Positions 1 to 12,944 of a stretch of 64,000 nucleotides of DNA are shown here, piece by piece (the first letter of the stretch is position 1; each line of letters starts with the position of its first letter). The notes below the pieces were generated by a model. The model was given only the letters and a program-made list of their open reading frames with translations. It made no database searches and was not told the DNA's origin. A program made the translations under genes and the position numbers. The DNA is from Felis catus (lineage: Eukaryota), in the NCBI RefSeq assembly GCF_018350175.1, contig NC_058368.1, forward strand, positions 58,592,001 to 58,656,000, read 5' to 3'.

Positions 1-601
1 AAAAAAAAAAAAAGTGAGTGTTGGCTTTTAGTTGTGATGAGTTTTAATATAGTTCACTCTTCTTAGACTCATTTAAAGTATTTAATCTGGGAGTGAACAT
101 AATTCCATACAACATGTAAATTTAATTAAATTCAAAAAATTTTACACATCTCCTTCAAATTTGTTGTATAATTTGGCATGCCATCTTTCTGTTCCTTATC
201 TGTACTAATTAGCTAAAGAAGAGAGGAATTAGAAACATCATTTGCTAAAGTGTGTCTCTAGATCATTCATCTTGAGAAAAATTTTCTGCTTCATCTTCTA
301 TGACAGTCACAGTCACTTTAGAACAAAAAAAGGCTTTAGAAATGTTGACTTCATAACTCTGAATTTTTCATAACTCTAAACTTTTTCCACCATGAAATAA
401 ATATCCTTGAAATAACTCAAACATCTTAGGCATCATTGCTCCCCCTAGAACACTATTTTGTGTCCTTAAGATCTAAGAATCTATAGAAATATCAGTGATA
501 ATATACTCTAATCCCTTTATCATATGTGAGAGAAAAAAATAATTGCCAACAAGTAAAGTAACTTGCTTGAGTTTAGAAGCAGAATCAAGAAAAAAAGATT
601 T

Positions 602-639
602 TGCTTCTGTTTCCCACTCCACTGCTTCTGTTTCCCACT
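602..639. repeat. 17-bp direct duplication (TGCTTCTGTTTCCCACT x2) in a MIR-like relic
   Basis: Identical copies at 602-618 and 623-639 with a CCAC spacer. Confidence 0.85.
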
Positions 640-1307
640 TCAGGATATTATGTTACTGGCTTAAAATGATAATAAAAAATCATTATATGTATTTTACATT
701 CATCTGATCAATTGCTATTTTGTGGATGTGTGTTATTAATGAATACTTATTCAGACATGATCTTTATGCATTCTGTAGTTATGTAAAATACTTTTAAATA
801 GCAAAAAAGTTTTAAAAATATAACAATAAAATAATAATGAAAATAACTTGATACAAGGTTTTAAAATATTTTATTAGTTTAGACTAAAATTGGTAGCATC
901 CTCATATTAAGTATTTAATAAATGTTGATTGGGTCACTACATAGATTTTGACTCTATTCTACCTGAATACTTTATCATTTTGACTCAGTATTCTATACCT
1001 CAGTAACTTACAATTTCTTAAACAAGGCTTACAGCTTCAAAGTCTGATTTTGTTTAGATTCTTGCTCTTATTTGGGGAGAAAACTTTCTAAAATGTAGTT
1101 TTCTGTTTTTAATATAGGGATAATGATATCTCTCTTACAGTTTGTAATGAAGCTTAAATTAAGTAATGTATGTGAAACACTTGGCTTATGCTCCAGAAAT
1201 GGTGTCTATTATCATAATAATGAAATTACAGGACTAAAATACTTTTACTACCATCTGATTTGGTCCTTCATTTTATAGATGTGGAAACTGTTTTAAGAAG
1301 CTAGGGT

Positions 1308-1534
1308 GGGGATGCCTGGGTGGCTCAGTCGGTTAAGCGGTTAAGCATCAGACTTTGACTCAGGTCACGAACTCTCTGTTGGTGAGTTTGAGCCCCATGT
1401 CAGGCTCTGTGCTGACAGTTCAGAGCCTGGAGCCTGCTTTATATTGTGTCTCCTTCTTTGTTCCTCCCCAGCTCACATTCTCTCACCCCTCCCCTCTCTC
1501 TGTCAAAAATAAATAAAGATTAAAAAAAATAATA
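1308..1534 (+). mobile_element. CanSINE inserted in a MIR relic
   Basis: GGGGATGCCTGGGTGGCTCAG head, CT-rich body, A tail; TSD AAGAAGCTAGGGTG at 1295-1308 and 1535-1548; internal CGGTTAAG duplication. Confidence 0.95.
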
Positions 1535-2199
1535 AAGAAGCTAGGGTGATTAAGATTGCAAAGCAAATGTTCTGGATTGTTGGGTCTTTGTGATTTTTTG
1601 ACTGTTATGCCATTTGTTTACTCATAGTTATTAATCCTCCTTTAAGTACATTTTGAATCTTTATGAAACTCAAAGAGACCAAGAAAGCTTCACAAATAAC
1701 AGAAAAACTCTAATTATAGAATTGAAGATACAAGATATATATTTGGTTATCTCAGAATTCTCTAACACATCTCAAAATTTAAAACTTCCCAGACTATAAA
1801 TTCAGCTGTGCATTTGCACACAATTATTTTCTATAAGCTGGTGTCATCTAAGAGTTCTCCATTATCTTTCCACCACAACACACACCTAGTTACAGAGTCT
1901 TTCAAGTTGGTGATTTGTGTGTGGAGGGTCAGTGAGGGGCAGTGGGATTTGGGGATCATGGAAGAAACTATACCAGGTTCACAGAATGAAAGCATGTGGC
2001 TTTTAAGTACTCACATGGGACTTTGTCCATTTTTTTTCTTGGATATGGTTGTAGTCGTTTTTTTGTTTGCTTGTTTTGCTTTTAGATATAATTAGGGAAA
2101 AGGAAGTATTATGTGGTTAATATACAAGATGCTAAGAAGAGAAAAAAACAACTCCTTCAATTTACTTACATTTTCCTCAGGTGACTCTTGTTAGTTTTT

Positions 2200-3020
2200 A
2201 AATAATTTTTAGAAATTGATTTTAATTTACCTAAGGAATTTTTACTTTACCATTTTGTGTTATTTGTTTTACTGGTTGTTCTAGAAACTACAATTTACAT
2301 TCTTAACTTTTCACAATCTACTCAGTTATTTTTGTACTACTTTGCCTAAAATGCAGAAAACCTACAACTGTGTAAGTCTGTTACCCCTCTACCTTTATGC
2401 TATAATTACTGTTATGAATTTTATCATTATAAATCTACAAGGTAGTAAACTTTTTATTTTAAATGGCCATATGTATTTAAAAGGTTAAAAGTAAGGCAAA
2501 ATAGATTTTACCGAAATATTTACCATTTATAAGCTTTTGAATCTTTCCCTAATATCTTAATTTTCATATGCTATCATTTGACATGATAATATATTTTGTA
2601 GTTCTACTGGCCACAGATTCTCTTAATTTTTGTTTTTCATTTTTTGTTTAGTTGCAAAGTCTTTATTTCTCTTGTTTTTTTTAAGGATGTTTTTACTAGC
2701 TATAGAACTCTAGGTTAACAGTAGTATTTTTCCTTTCATAACTTTAAAAGTGTTGTTCCAACTTTTTGATGAGAAGAAGTTTGTGGTCATAAAAATCAGG
2801 CTCTGACTAGAAAATGTCGTTTCTCTAATAGCTCATTTTTCTTTGTGGCGGTTTGCCTACAATGTTCTTAATCATGATTTATTTTGTAATTTTCCTACTT
2901 GAAATTCAATGAACTTCTCTAAATCTTAAAATTATGTTTTAGGTCCATTCTGAGGAATTTTAAACTATTATTATTATTTAAATGTATCCTTTATATTTTC
3001 ACCCCCTTGCCTTCTTTCAT
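2200..3020 (-). mobile_element. Ancient L1M (L1MC/ME-like) fragment
   Basis: T-rich tract with motifs typical of antisense old L1 (e.g. TATAGAACTCTAGGTTAACAG); boundaries approximate. Confidence 0.6.
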
Positions 3021-3295
3021 TTGTAAATTTAGTAAAGTTGAAAAATTGATTAAAATTTGATTACTAATTCTAGATTGTGTCCCCTTACTAAGTGTATAAT
3101 GAAATGATTGTTATGAAAGTGGCCTTCATAAGACAACCATACCAAAACAATATTTTATGTGGTTGAATATTATTTCAAAACCATACATATATGAATGACA
3201 TGTATGGTGACATTTTAAAAACAATGATTTTTTTTCCTTCTTTTTGTCTAAATTTATATTTTCTTCATCTAATGCCTATTGTATGAGTAATTTTC

Positions 3296-3520
3296 TTTTT
3301 AAAAAAAAATTTTTTTTCAACGTTTATTTATTTTTGGGACAGAGAGAGACAGAGCATGAACGGGGGAGGGGCAGAGAGAGAGGGAGACACAGAATCAGAA
3401 ACAAGCTCCAGGCTCTGAGCCATTAGCCCAGAGCCTGACGCGGGGCTCGAACTCACGGACCGCGAGATCATGACCTGGCTGAAGTCGGACGCTTAACTGA
3501 CTGCGCCACCCAGGCGCCCC
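3296..3520 (-). mobile_element. Young felid CanSINE (SINEC_Fc-type)
   Basis: CpG-intact body; perfect 16-bp TSD TGTATGAGTAATTTTC at 3280-3295 and 3521-3536. Confidence 0.97.
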
Positions 3521-3678
3521 TGTATGAGTAATTTTCAATAACCACTTCTTGCATAGACAATTCAACTACATGTGGAAAGTTTCAAATATATGAATCTTCT
3601 AAAATTTAATTTTAGTCTTTTTTTCCCTCAAGTATGTTTTTTATAATGTAGTTTTAATCAAAGTATACAGATGATTTT

Positions 3679-3860
3679 TTTTTTATTTTTTAAAGTTTAT
3701 TTATTTTGAGAGGGAGAGAGAGAAAGAGAAAGAGGGAGGGGAGACAGAAAGCACTGTCAGCGCAGAGCCTGATGCAGGTTTTGAACAATTCATGAGATCA
3801 TGAACTGAGCCAAAATCAAGAGTTGGATGCTAACCTGACTGTACCACTCAGGTGTCTGTT
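3679..3860 (-). mobile_element. Older CanSINE, internally deleted
   Basis: Poly-T, GA-rich segment, SINE core; degenerate TSD AAAGTATACA(G)ATGATTTT. Confidence 0.9.
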
Positions 3861-4353
3861 AAAGTATACAATGATTTTGTGTTTTGTACCCTATTACAAT
3901 GAAAATTGGTTTTGGGCTAGTTAGTAGTTATAGTAAAACTTCAGCAATATGTCAGAACAAGATGACATTTAAGTAAAATTAAAAATCCTCCAAATTTGTT
4001 TTTCTGCCTCTTTTTACTATCCTAAATAATTTCGGTGACAACTAGTCATCCAGACTTGTAATCCTGAGAGTTGTTGTTAAATTTATCATTTTCTTTGCTC
4101 TCCATAGTAAGTCCTATGATTGCACTTCGCAAATGTAGTTCATATTCAAATGGGAGATATATTAACTAATTATGGCAATAGATTATCTTAAGTACTATAA
4201 TTGAGATATATATATGTTATATATATGAGTGCCCACACATATAAAAATATAGCACCTAATAATGGTTGGCATAAAGATACAATGATAAACAAATGTGAAA
4301 ACGATTAATTATAAATGAAATTATGATCAAGGATACCAGAATACAGAATACAG

Positions 4354-4503
4354 TCTGTTCTCACTCTAAGTGACAAAATATCTAGATGGAGATATAGTCT
4401 ATGCATCTATGAGTCTGTAAAAAGATCCATATTTGATATTCTGTAGGTAGTTGTTAGAGAAATATATGCTTAGATTAATCTTTCAGTGAGTAAGAAAGCA
4501 TGT
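4354..4503 (+). repeat. Copy A of a ~150-bp dispersed duplication (copy B at 5388-5541)
   Basis: Shared blocks AAGTGACAAAATATCTAGATGGAGATA, TAGGTAGTTGTTAGAGAAA and AATCTTTCAGTGAGTAAGAAAGCATGT. Confidence 0.92.
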
Positions 4504-5387
4504 AATTAGATTAGTAGATGCACCCTAACTATAGACGTTCATTCCAGTTTGAAGAGACACCAGCATGTGCAAAAGTCTGGGTCATGGAATAGGATATTTC
4601 ATTTAGTTAAGTCTACATAATTTGTTATGACAAACAGAATGGTTAACAACAGGCTCTGTATTTGAAATGATATGACGGAGAAAGTCATATTGCTCCTATA
4701 AAATTATATGAGATGAAAAAGTACTCAAATGTTAGAATAATTTAGTAAAATGCTTTTATCAGATTTTTAAATGTTTGGATTCACAGAGTATAAGGCAGGT
4801 TAGAAGGGGCTTCTAATATTGGCAACAAGACAATTTAGGAGAGAATATTTAGGAGAATACTGACAGAATATATAAAAAATATAAGATAGAGGTAGGCCAT
4901 GTTTAATGTTAGCATTATTTTCATGGTGTTAGTAATAAAAATTTTAAAATATAGGACAGCAAGATGGTGGTGAGGAAGACGTAAGTGTCTATTTTTATTA
5001 GACTGAATTCAGGGGCTATGCCAGTCATTCTAGTGCAAGTGTAAATTACAGAGTTTATAATAAAACAACTATCAGATTAACAAGAGTAGCAAGCCTTCCA
5101 CTGTGTCACTTTTGACAAATTACTTGATTTTTCTGTCTGAAGTTCCAGCCAATGTAAAATGGGACAATAATGTTACTTACTGATTAGTTGATTTGAGGGT
5201 TAAATAATATAAGAAAGGTGGTGTTTAGAATAGCACCAGATCTTTGAGAAACATTGGTTAACATTGAATAATATTATTATTTGCCAAAGGCACATTCCAA
5301 TAGCTAATTCTGTGTGGTTGGGTAAATACACAGGATTATGGTTTGAAGCTGTCATACTCCCCCGGCATGTAACATTTTGTACAAATA

Positions 5388-5541
5388 TCTGCTCTCACAA
5401 GTGACAAAATATCTAGATGGAGATACAGTGGTCATGAGTCTATAACAAGATCCATGGTAGAAGTATACAGTTGATATTCTATAGGTAGTTGTTAGAGAAA
5501 GATATGGTTAGATGAATCTTTCAGTGAGTAAGAAAGCATGT
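5388..5541 (+). repeat. Copy B of the ~150-bp dispersed duplication
   Basis: Colinear with 4354-4503 apart from scattered substitutions and a few indels. Confidence 0.92.
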
Positions 5542-5608
5542 GAGTCAAAGGCAGAATCCTGAGTAAAGATCAAACATTTAAGGGAAACAGAGCAAATGTA
5601 TCTGGTGG

Positions 5609-5648
5609 AAAACAAAACAAAACAAAACAAAACAAAACAAAACAAAAC
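5609..5648. repeat. (AAAAC)n microsatellite
   Basis: About 8 perfect units. Confidence 0.95.
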
Positions 5649-6635
5649 CAAAAACTGGCTATTAGGAAGTTAGCATAGTGAGTACCTGGATAAAAAGAAA
5701 ATATTAAATACAATGTTTCTAAAAGAAACATAAGAAAGAATATCGGAAAAAAGTACTTATCTTTGAGATGGTCAGTTTTCTGTCTACTTTAAATCATATA
5801 ATCTTAACAAGGTGTTGTATATTTGAAAGACAGAACTATTTTTTTTTCAAAGTTACTATCAGTAAGAAATGTCTATATTCAAAATGTCAAGGTGAAGAAG
5901 TGAAACTTTTATAACCTTTGCTTTTGTAACAGCTTAAAAATAGTTCAGTGTGTATTTACTTTCAGGAAAAGAAAGGAGGTGTAACTAAAATTTTACTCCA
6001 TTTAATCCTTGGTTCCAAATAGTCATTTGATTGCCAAGAAAATGAGCTCATGTTTCTTCCTTGTGACTTTGTGCCTCTCCTTTTCTCTGGAAGCATTTCG
6101 ACAGTAGAACCTTTTTTGCTAGCAAGAACTTTTGGCCATATTTCCCCTGAATCTAATGAAGCAAATATTAAAAGTATAAAACTTTAAGCTTAGTAGTACC
6201 AGAAAATAACGTACACAAATTTCTACAAGTTATCTTTGGATTATGGAAAGTCCTTTGTGAACAGTATGACAGCTTATAGAGGCGAAAATGTGTTTTTATT
6301 TATTTGATATGAAAGGATTGCCTTGTACAGTTGTAGTTGAAAAACAAAAGACAAATCATTCCTTTGAATACCCAAATAAGACAGGTAATAGGAGTAAACA
6401 AGAATAATTCACAGAATTTCACTCCATTTTATAGAAATTGTGGCCATTATAGACAAATATTATAGAAATTAAATTTACTATAAGTTTTGGGGAAATAGTT
6501 GGGGTGGAGGTTAGAGTAGAACATATGTGCCCAAGATTTAGGTCTACGCTATCTCAGGGTACACAATAATAATAAAATAATCTACTTATTATTTCAATGC
6601 ATATATCCAAATACTTTATTTATAATCTTTAAGAT

Positions 6636-6861
6636 TTTTTTTTAATTTTTAACATTTATTTATTTTTGAGAGAGAGTGGGACAGAACGCAAGTGGGGGAG
6701 AGGGAGAGAGAGAGAGAGAGAAGGACACTCAGAATCTGAAGCAGGTTCCAGGCTCTGAGCTGTCAGCACAGAGCCTGAAGAGGGACTTGAACTCACAAAC
6801 TGTGAGATCATGACCTGAGCCGAAGTTGGTCGCCCAACCAACTGAGCCACCCAGGCCCCCC
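6636..6861 (-). mobile_element. CanSINE
   Basis: Poly-T, (GA)n, SINE core ending CTGAGCCACCCAGGCCCCCC. Confidence 0.95.
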
Positions 6862-7142
6862 AAAGATTGTTTTCTAATGCACTACATGTACTATATTTGA
6901 ATTCATTGTTCAATATATCTTCCAATTGTGAGTGTGTGATGTTATCTGTTTTTTTTTTAAGTTTAGCAAAATGATAGTAATTGTAAAAGAAATTGATTAT
7001 TTGGAGAATTGATTTTGGTTTTGTTTGCTTTAAAGTTTGAACTATGCACACTTATAACAGGGGAAATCCCACTGGTTGCTTTTTTGAAGGAAGTTGCATT
7101 GCAGCTTAGGTCCCAATATCATATGTTATTGAAAAACTTTTG

Positions 7143-7367
7143 GGGGCGCCTGGGTGGCTTCGTCGGTTAGGCGTCCGACTTCGGCTCAGGTCATGATCGT
7201 ACGGTTGGTGAGTTCGAGCCCCGCGTCGGGCTCTGTGCTGACAGCTCAGAGCCTGGAGCCTGTTTCAGATTCTGTGTCTCCCTCTCTCTCTCTGCTACTC
7301 CCCAGTTCATGCTCTGTCTCTCTCTGTCTCAAAAAAAATAAATAAAAAAAAGTTAAAAAAAAAAAAA
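7143..7367 (+). mobile_element. CanSINE, CpG-rich
   Basis: GGGGCGCCTGGGTGGC head; TSD GAAAAACTTTTGG at 7131-7143 and 7368-7380. Confidence 0.96.
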
Positions 7368-8961
7368 GAAAAACTTTTGGTTCTATGTACACCTGGATTG
7401 ATTGCCATGAGAAATGTTAGAAATTAAGTCACTGCCCTAATAGTGGTTTTTATTTTCAAAATTCTTCACAGTTTCTGAATGGAGCTTTATTTTCTTAAAA
7501 TATGACCATCACTAGAATTAATTTTATGGAACATCAAATGTTATGAAAACCTGTCACACCATTTATAAAACAAACATGAAAGTGATGTGAGATATGTCAA
7601 TGTACAAAGCACAGATGGTGACTGAGTGCCAAAATTTGAACTGATCCTTTTCAGTTGATCATGCATAATTTAATGTGTCAGTCAATTGAGGCCCTCAATA
7701 GGAAAAAAAGCACCCAAAAAACAAAAAGCAAAAAAACAAAAAACTTGTGGGAGGTAATTGGAAATGAACTTCTTTGAGCCAGCATTAACAATAAGTAGAC
7801 CTTACAACACAGCAGTTAAAAAATACTGTAGAATGACTTTTCTGTAGATTTTGACATTCTGGATATTTTTCCTTCCAAAGCACCACAGAATTCAATGAAT
7901 ATTAGGTGAATTTTATTTCTTTTGATGAAAGGTGACTTTTGAGATTAAAGTATTTTCATAGTTATTAAATTCATAGATATAAAATTTTTAAAGTAAAAAA
8001 ATAATTGTTTTCAAAGAGGATATAAACATTTTATTGATGAAAATACTAATGCACATGTGTGAAGTGAAAGTTTAGAAAATCTGTAGACATAGATAAGCAT
8101 TCCTTTATGAATAACTATTATGATTTTTTTGTTTCAAGCAATGCAATTCAAATAATTTTAAAGTTAAGTAAGTGAGATATGGACATTATAGTAAACATAG
8201 TGTTCTTTAAAATTCTGTATTATGAAGGTCCTTTAGATCTTTAAAAATTAAATTCACCTACTCTATTTATTGCTTTGCCAAACTGGCAGATATCTGCTGA
8301 CATAGCTTTACTTCTCTATCTAGGTTAATTCTACCATAAAGATAGTGTAATATACTAGTGATACATAAGCTCACATTTGTTTAATTGTTTTTGAAAATTT
8401 TGAAACAGGAAAGAACCAGAGACTGCACTGCAGCCACTTTACTTAGTAAGCCAATAAAGTAGTTCTTCCATAAATACTTAAAAAATATTAAATTAAAAAT
8501 TTAAAACTATAGAAAATGCTTTATTAGCTCTATTAGATGAAGCAATTAGCTAAAAGCAGCACAAAAATGCAGTGTAAGAAGTGTGCATATGTAGATGGAA
8601 AAACACAGAAAGAAAAGGAGACTCTTGAAAGCGGAGAACATTTACATTCTCCCCAACCCCATCCCAGGCAAATCTTCTGGAGGTGTTTGTAGCTGGAGGC
8701 CTGGGATAGCTCTGGTCATTATTAGTAACGGTAAACCAAGTATTATCAATGCCATTTGTAGAAAATGCTAAATTCCCTTGTCTTGGCCCATATATGCTAT
8801 GTCCTAGCTGCCTGTCATCTTTCCTATATTTAATACATTAATTTAAGTATAAGACCCTCAATTAATGCCTTTAAGATGTAAATAAAATAATTAGCTTCCT
8901 CCTCTCCCACAGATCCATGCAGATGCTAAATATAAAGACGAACTATAAGAATGAAAGGGTA

Positions 8962-9164
8962 GGGGTGCCTGGGTGGGTTAAGTGTCAGACTCGTGATTTC
9001 AGCTCAGGTCATGATCTCAGGGTTCATGAGTTCAAGCCCTGAGTTGAACTCTGCGTTGACATTACAGAGCCTGCTTGGGATTCTCTCTCTCCCTCTCCCT
9101 CTGCCCCTCCCCTGAATGCCAGTGCACTCTCTCTCTTAAAATAAATAAATAAACTTAAACAAAA
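8962..9164 (+). mobile_element. CanSINE
   Basis: GGGGTGCCTGGGTGG head, A tail; TSD AAGAATGAAAG(G/A)GTA. Confidence 0.94.
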
Positions 9165-9367
9165 AAGAATGAAAGAGTATGTGAACTTACATAGGCAACA
9201 TTTAGATGTGGGAAATAATGAAATTTGGAGATTTGTAACATGATTTGAACAATATGAATTTCCGCTGCAAACATGATATATTAAGGTTTTATTGATACTT
9301 CAACAAACACGTAATATGGCATTTCATATTTAGTGTAAACAATTACATTAAAAGATACAAGGGTGAT

Positions 9368-9501
9368 GGGGCATCTGGATGGCTCAGTCGGTTAAGAATC
9401 TGACTGTTGGTTTCGGCTCAGGTCATGATTTCCCAGTTCGTGAGTTTGAGCTCTGCATCAAGCTCTGCATTGATGTGGAGCCTGCTTGGGATTTTCTCTC
9501 T

Positions 9502-9542
<41 letters not shown>

Positions 9543-9617
9543 TGCTCCTCCCCTGCTCATGCTCTCTGTCTCTCTCTCAAAATAAATAAACTTTAAAAAA
9601 TTTAAAAATATAAAACA
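9368..9617 (+). mobile_element. CanSINE
   Basis: Head, (CT)n and A tail; degenerate TSD AAAAGATACAAGGGTGAT / AAAAGATTCAGGAGTGAT. Confidence 0.93.
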
Positions 9618-10546
9618 AAAAGATTCAGGAGTGATAAAGTCAAACCAGAGGTTGAAAGCTGAACAGAAAGAGTATGGGACTCCCATAATATACATTTTTT
9701 CACTTTTCAGTAGCTTCAGAACTGCCTTTGAAAAATAGAACAAATGCCAACTAAGCAGCGAGAAAGGCTGAGGAAAGCACAGAAGCATCCTGGCTTCCTC
9801 TTTCCTTCTTTCATTTTTTCCCTTATTTTGTCAAGAAGCCACAAGAAGGAAAGACAAAGCAGAAGGCTCAAGGTGGGTGGTGCTAGAGAAATTTTGAGGA
9901 CAAATATGCAAAGTACATGTTCTCATGACTTTTCAAAAATGCTGATCTTTTATTATAGTCATATGAACGTGGCAGAAATAAACGGACCATATCCAGAGTT
10001 TATGATTTGAAATCATACAAATAAATATCAACATTTTAAAAAATTCTCAATCTCTTTGGAATAGTATAGTACATATTCTTATACAGAATTAAATATACAC
10101 TATGGTAAAAACTAACTTAATGGTGATATATTTATATGTATATCAATATATATACCCTCTCTAAAAAATCAAAAACCAGCATATTAAAAGTGATGAAAAA
10201 AACCTTACAATTAAGAAAATTGCTTAAATTTGTTTTACTCATTGATTTACATGTATCTCTGACTGATTTTATTTTTATTTTTTCACTCAGACAGCTAGCT
10301 ATTACAATCTCAGTAAGATTCACTTGTGAAGTTAAAGTAAAAATATTTATAATTAGTTTACTTTTGTAGATGCATATTTGGTTATAAAATATTTTGTACT
10401 TTTAGTATGTCTGTGTAGACCCCTGGCTGTAAGAGGTTGAAAGTTATTATAAGAAACCTCTGTGTTCTCAGTAATTTTTTCTGCTCTCTAGTATTAAGGA
10501 TAATTAAAATTCAAATATAATTATTTATGTTGAATAATAAGTACCA

Positions 10547-10864
10547 TGCAAAACTAACTGGGAATATTTTCTCAATGACCTTCATTCTCTTTGGCGAGCA
10601 TACAAGCTACACATCCTTTTTACATTACAGTGTATTTATATCACGCCTGCCATGTTTATATATATTTTCTCAAACTAAGAATGCTTGATTAAAGGGAACT
10701 TGCTATACAGCCATAGAAAAATCTGGCTTTTTTCTTATGGGCAGCTATCTAGTATTTGATACCACAGTTTCCATGGCTGCCTTGTTTGTCCATTCTGTGG
10801 GCCACACCTATAAGAAAAACTATGTCCTAACCACAGGTCACATTTCACGTGTGACATTATCACA
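10547..10864 (-). mobile_element. Probable solo LTR, LTR37-like
   Basis: Reverse strand reads TGTGATAATG...AGCCATGGAAAC...TATAAA...AATGAAGGTCA...TTGCA with TG..CA ends; family name from memory; no TSD. Confidence 0.5.
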
Positions 10865-10951
10865 GGCTCTCTAAAAGCTCCAAAAATCTAGTCTATAAAC
10901 TGCCCGACTTTTGGGCAATTGTTATTAGGATATGCCTCCATGCATCCTTTT

Positions 10952-11209
10952 ATTTTATCTTATTTTATTCTGATTTTATTATTTTATTTATTTTTTATTT
11001 TTTATTTATTTATTTACTTATTTATTTTTTAAAGAGAGAGAGAGAGCATGCACACAGGAGAGGGGCAGAAGGAGAAAGAGAGAGAATCTAAAGCAGACTC
11101 CACACTCAGCATGGAGCCTGATGCAGGGCTCTGTCTCATGACCGTGGAATCATGACCTGAGCCGAAATCAAGAGTCTGCTGCTTAACTGGCTGAGTTACA
11201 AAGCACCCC
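10952..11209 (-). mobile_element. CanSINE with expanded (TTTTA/TTTA)n tail
   Basis: TSD CCTCC(A/G)TGCATCCTTTT at 10935-10951 and 11208-11224. Confidence 0.94.
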
Positions 11210-11311
11210 TCCGTGCATCCTTTTAAAAAAGAAAATGTAGTATTATTAATTAGTAGTAGTGTATGTGCATATTACACAAACTCAATATGTGCATATTGAG
11301 TTGTGTATAGC

Positions 11312-11547
11312 AACTCAATTGGTTAGGCCTTGAACTCTTAATCTCAGCTCAGGTGAAGATCTCACAGTTCATGAATTGGAGCCCTGCATGGGGCTCTGTG
11401 CTGACAGTGCAGAGCCTGCTTGGGATTCTCTCTTTTACCCTCTCTCTCTGCCTCAACCTGCTTGCATGCTCTCTCTCACTCTCTCTCTCTTCCTCCCTCT
11501 CTCTCAAAAAAAACAAGAAAAAAAAACAAAAAAATGTAAAAATAAAA
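11312..11547 (+). mobile_element. CanSINE missing its 5' head
   Basis: Starts at ...CTCAATTGGTTA; body, CT tract and A tail present. Confidence 0.9.
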
Positions 11548-11965
11548 TAGAGTTTCTACTCTAGTAAGTGGGAAAAAGCTGTTAGAAATAATAAAGCATG
11601 ATAACAGCTGAGAAGAATTTTTGAGCTGAGAATTTTGAAATAAATAAGATCTAATTTCTTTGTTTAAGAAAAGATACTATAATGAGAGGTTTTATGACAT
11701 TCTCATAATCACACAATGGCAAATATATTAGAACTGATATATGAATTAGAACTAATATTAACTGACCTATATCTGCTGTGGAATAAACAGGACCTGTTGT
11801 CTGTTCTTAGAGTTATAGTCACTCAGTATTTTACTTTCTCTATTGGAGTAGTAGTAACTCTTGTGGTGAAAATGCTGTAGGTATTGCTTTGCATTCAGCT
11901 TCTAATACACGCCGTGAGGATATTTAATAAAATTGAAAGGATAGGAATCAAAAGTAAAAATATGT

Positions 11966-12165
11966 GGGGCACCTGGGTGGCTCAGTTGGTTGAGCGACAG
12001 ATAACCTGATTTCAGCTTAGGTCATGATCTCGTGGTCATGAGATCCAGCCCCTTATTGAGCTCTGCACTGAGAGTGGAGATTGCTTGGGATTCATTCTCT
12101 CTCTCTCTCTCTCTCTGTCTCTGCCCCTCCACCCTAAAAATAAATAATAATTTTTTTTAAAAAAA
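11966..12165 (+). mobile_element. CanSINE
   Basis: GGGGCACCTGGGTGGCTCAG head; TSD AGTAAAAA(T/A)ATGTG. Confidence 0.94.
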
Positions 12166-12689
12166 GAGTAAAAAATGTGTGCAGAGGGAGGAGAACCAAA
12201 GACCATATTCTTTTCTTACATAATTTTATGGCAATCTTGGCCTGTTTGTTGACAAAAGCAACATATGTTATAGAATATGGTCACACTGTCTGATAGTTTA
12301 GTAGATTTGTTTATATGTACTTCTAATTGTGACTGTTTTTCCTGTTGGAAACTGAAAGTAGAGTTGACTTTCCTTTCCTAACGAAGCCCTTCCTGTATCC
12401 TGAATAGTTAGAGGACTACACATAAAATAGATCATGCATATTTCATAACATAGGAATTGCACATGGCAAATAATCAAATGAAAAATAAAGCCCTGTAAGT
12501 GTGAGAAAACAATTTAGGACAAATACTAACAATTGTTACCAGCAGAAATGCATTGTTTAAAAAATCTTCTAGATAAGGGATCCATAGACTATGAGTACCA
12601 GTCAAAAAATAATATAGGTGAGGAAAAGCTTAACTAGTGGATGGGTTCTATGTTAAACTTTCTCTTTTTTTCACTCAGGAGAATTGAAG

Positions 12690-12944
12690 AAATTCTCTCA
12701 GAAGAGGCAGTGTAAATACCCACTTCATTCTTTATGCTTTCTTTTCTCTTTCAGTAACCAACATTGAGGCCTTGTGGTGGCATGGTAGAACAGTCTGCAA
12801 TCACTGATTGCCACATGAATTAAATAGCTCTTAAATACTGCAGAGTTCATTGTTAGATACACATAAGCAGGAAACAGACTTCTGTGGTGTTAAATGAGTA
12901 AGAGCGAGATTGTTTGTTGCTATAGCTTACCACATGAGAATACA
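12690..12944 (+). mobile_element. Old MaLR (MLT1) LTR 3' fragment
   Basis: MLT1-like end: CTTCTGTGGTGTTAA...ATTGTTTGTTGCTATAGC...AATACA. Confidence 0.5.

Larger units (their letters stand above)
4140..5720 (-). mobile_element. Fragmented L2 relic with an internal MIR-like piece (~5080-5280)
   Basis: Purine-rich antisense-L2 motifs (e.g. CAGCATGTGCAAAAG, ATATCTAGATGGAGAT, CAAACATTTAAGG); boundaries approximate. Confidence 0.55.

Noticed and set aside
7143..7225. tRNA-like A/B boxes as tRNA genes
   Set aside because: They are heads of tRNA-derived CanSINEs followed by SINE body, CT tract, A tail and TSDs.
6656..7345. Recurrent ORFs with AQVMIS...GSVLTAQSLEP or ERGRGRERGRHRI peptides
   Set aside because: These are CanSINE translations that recur at each SINE copy.
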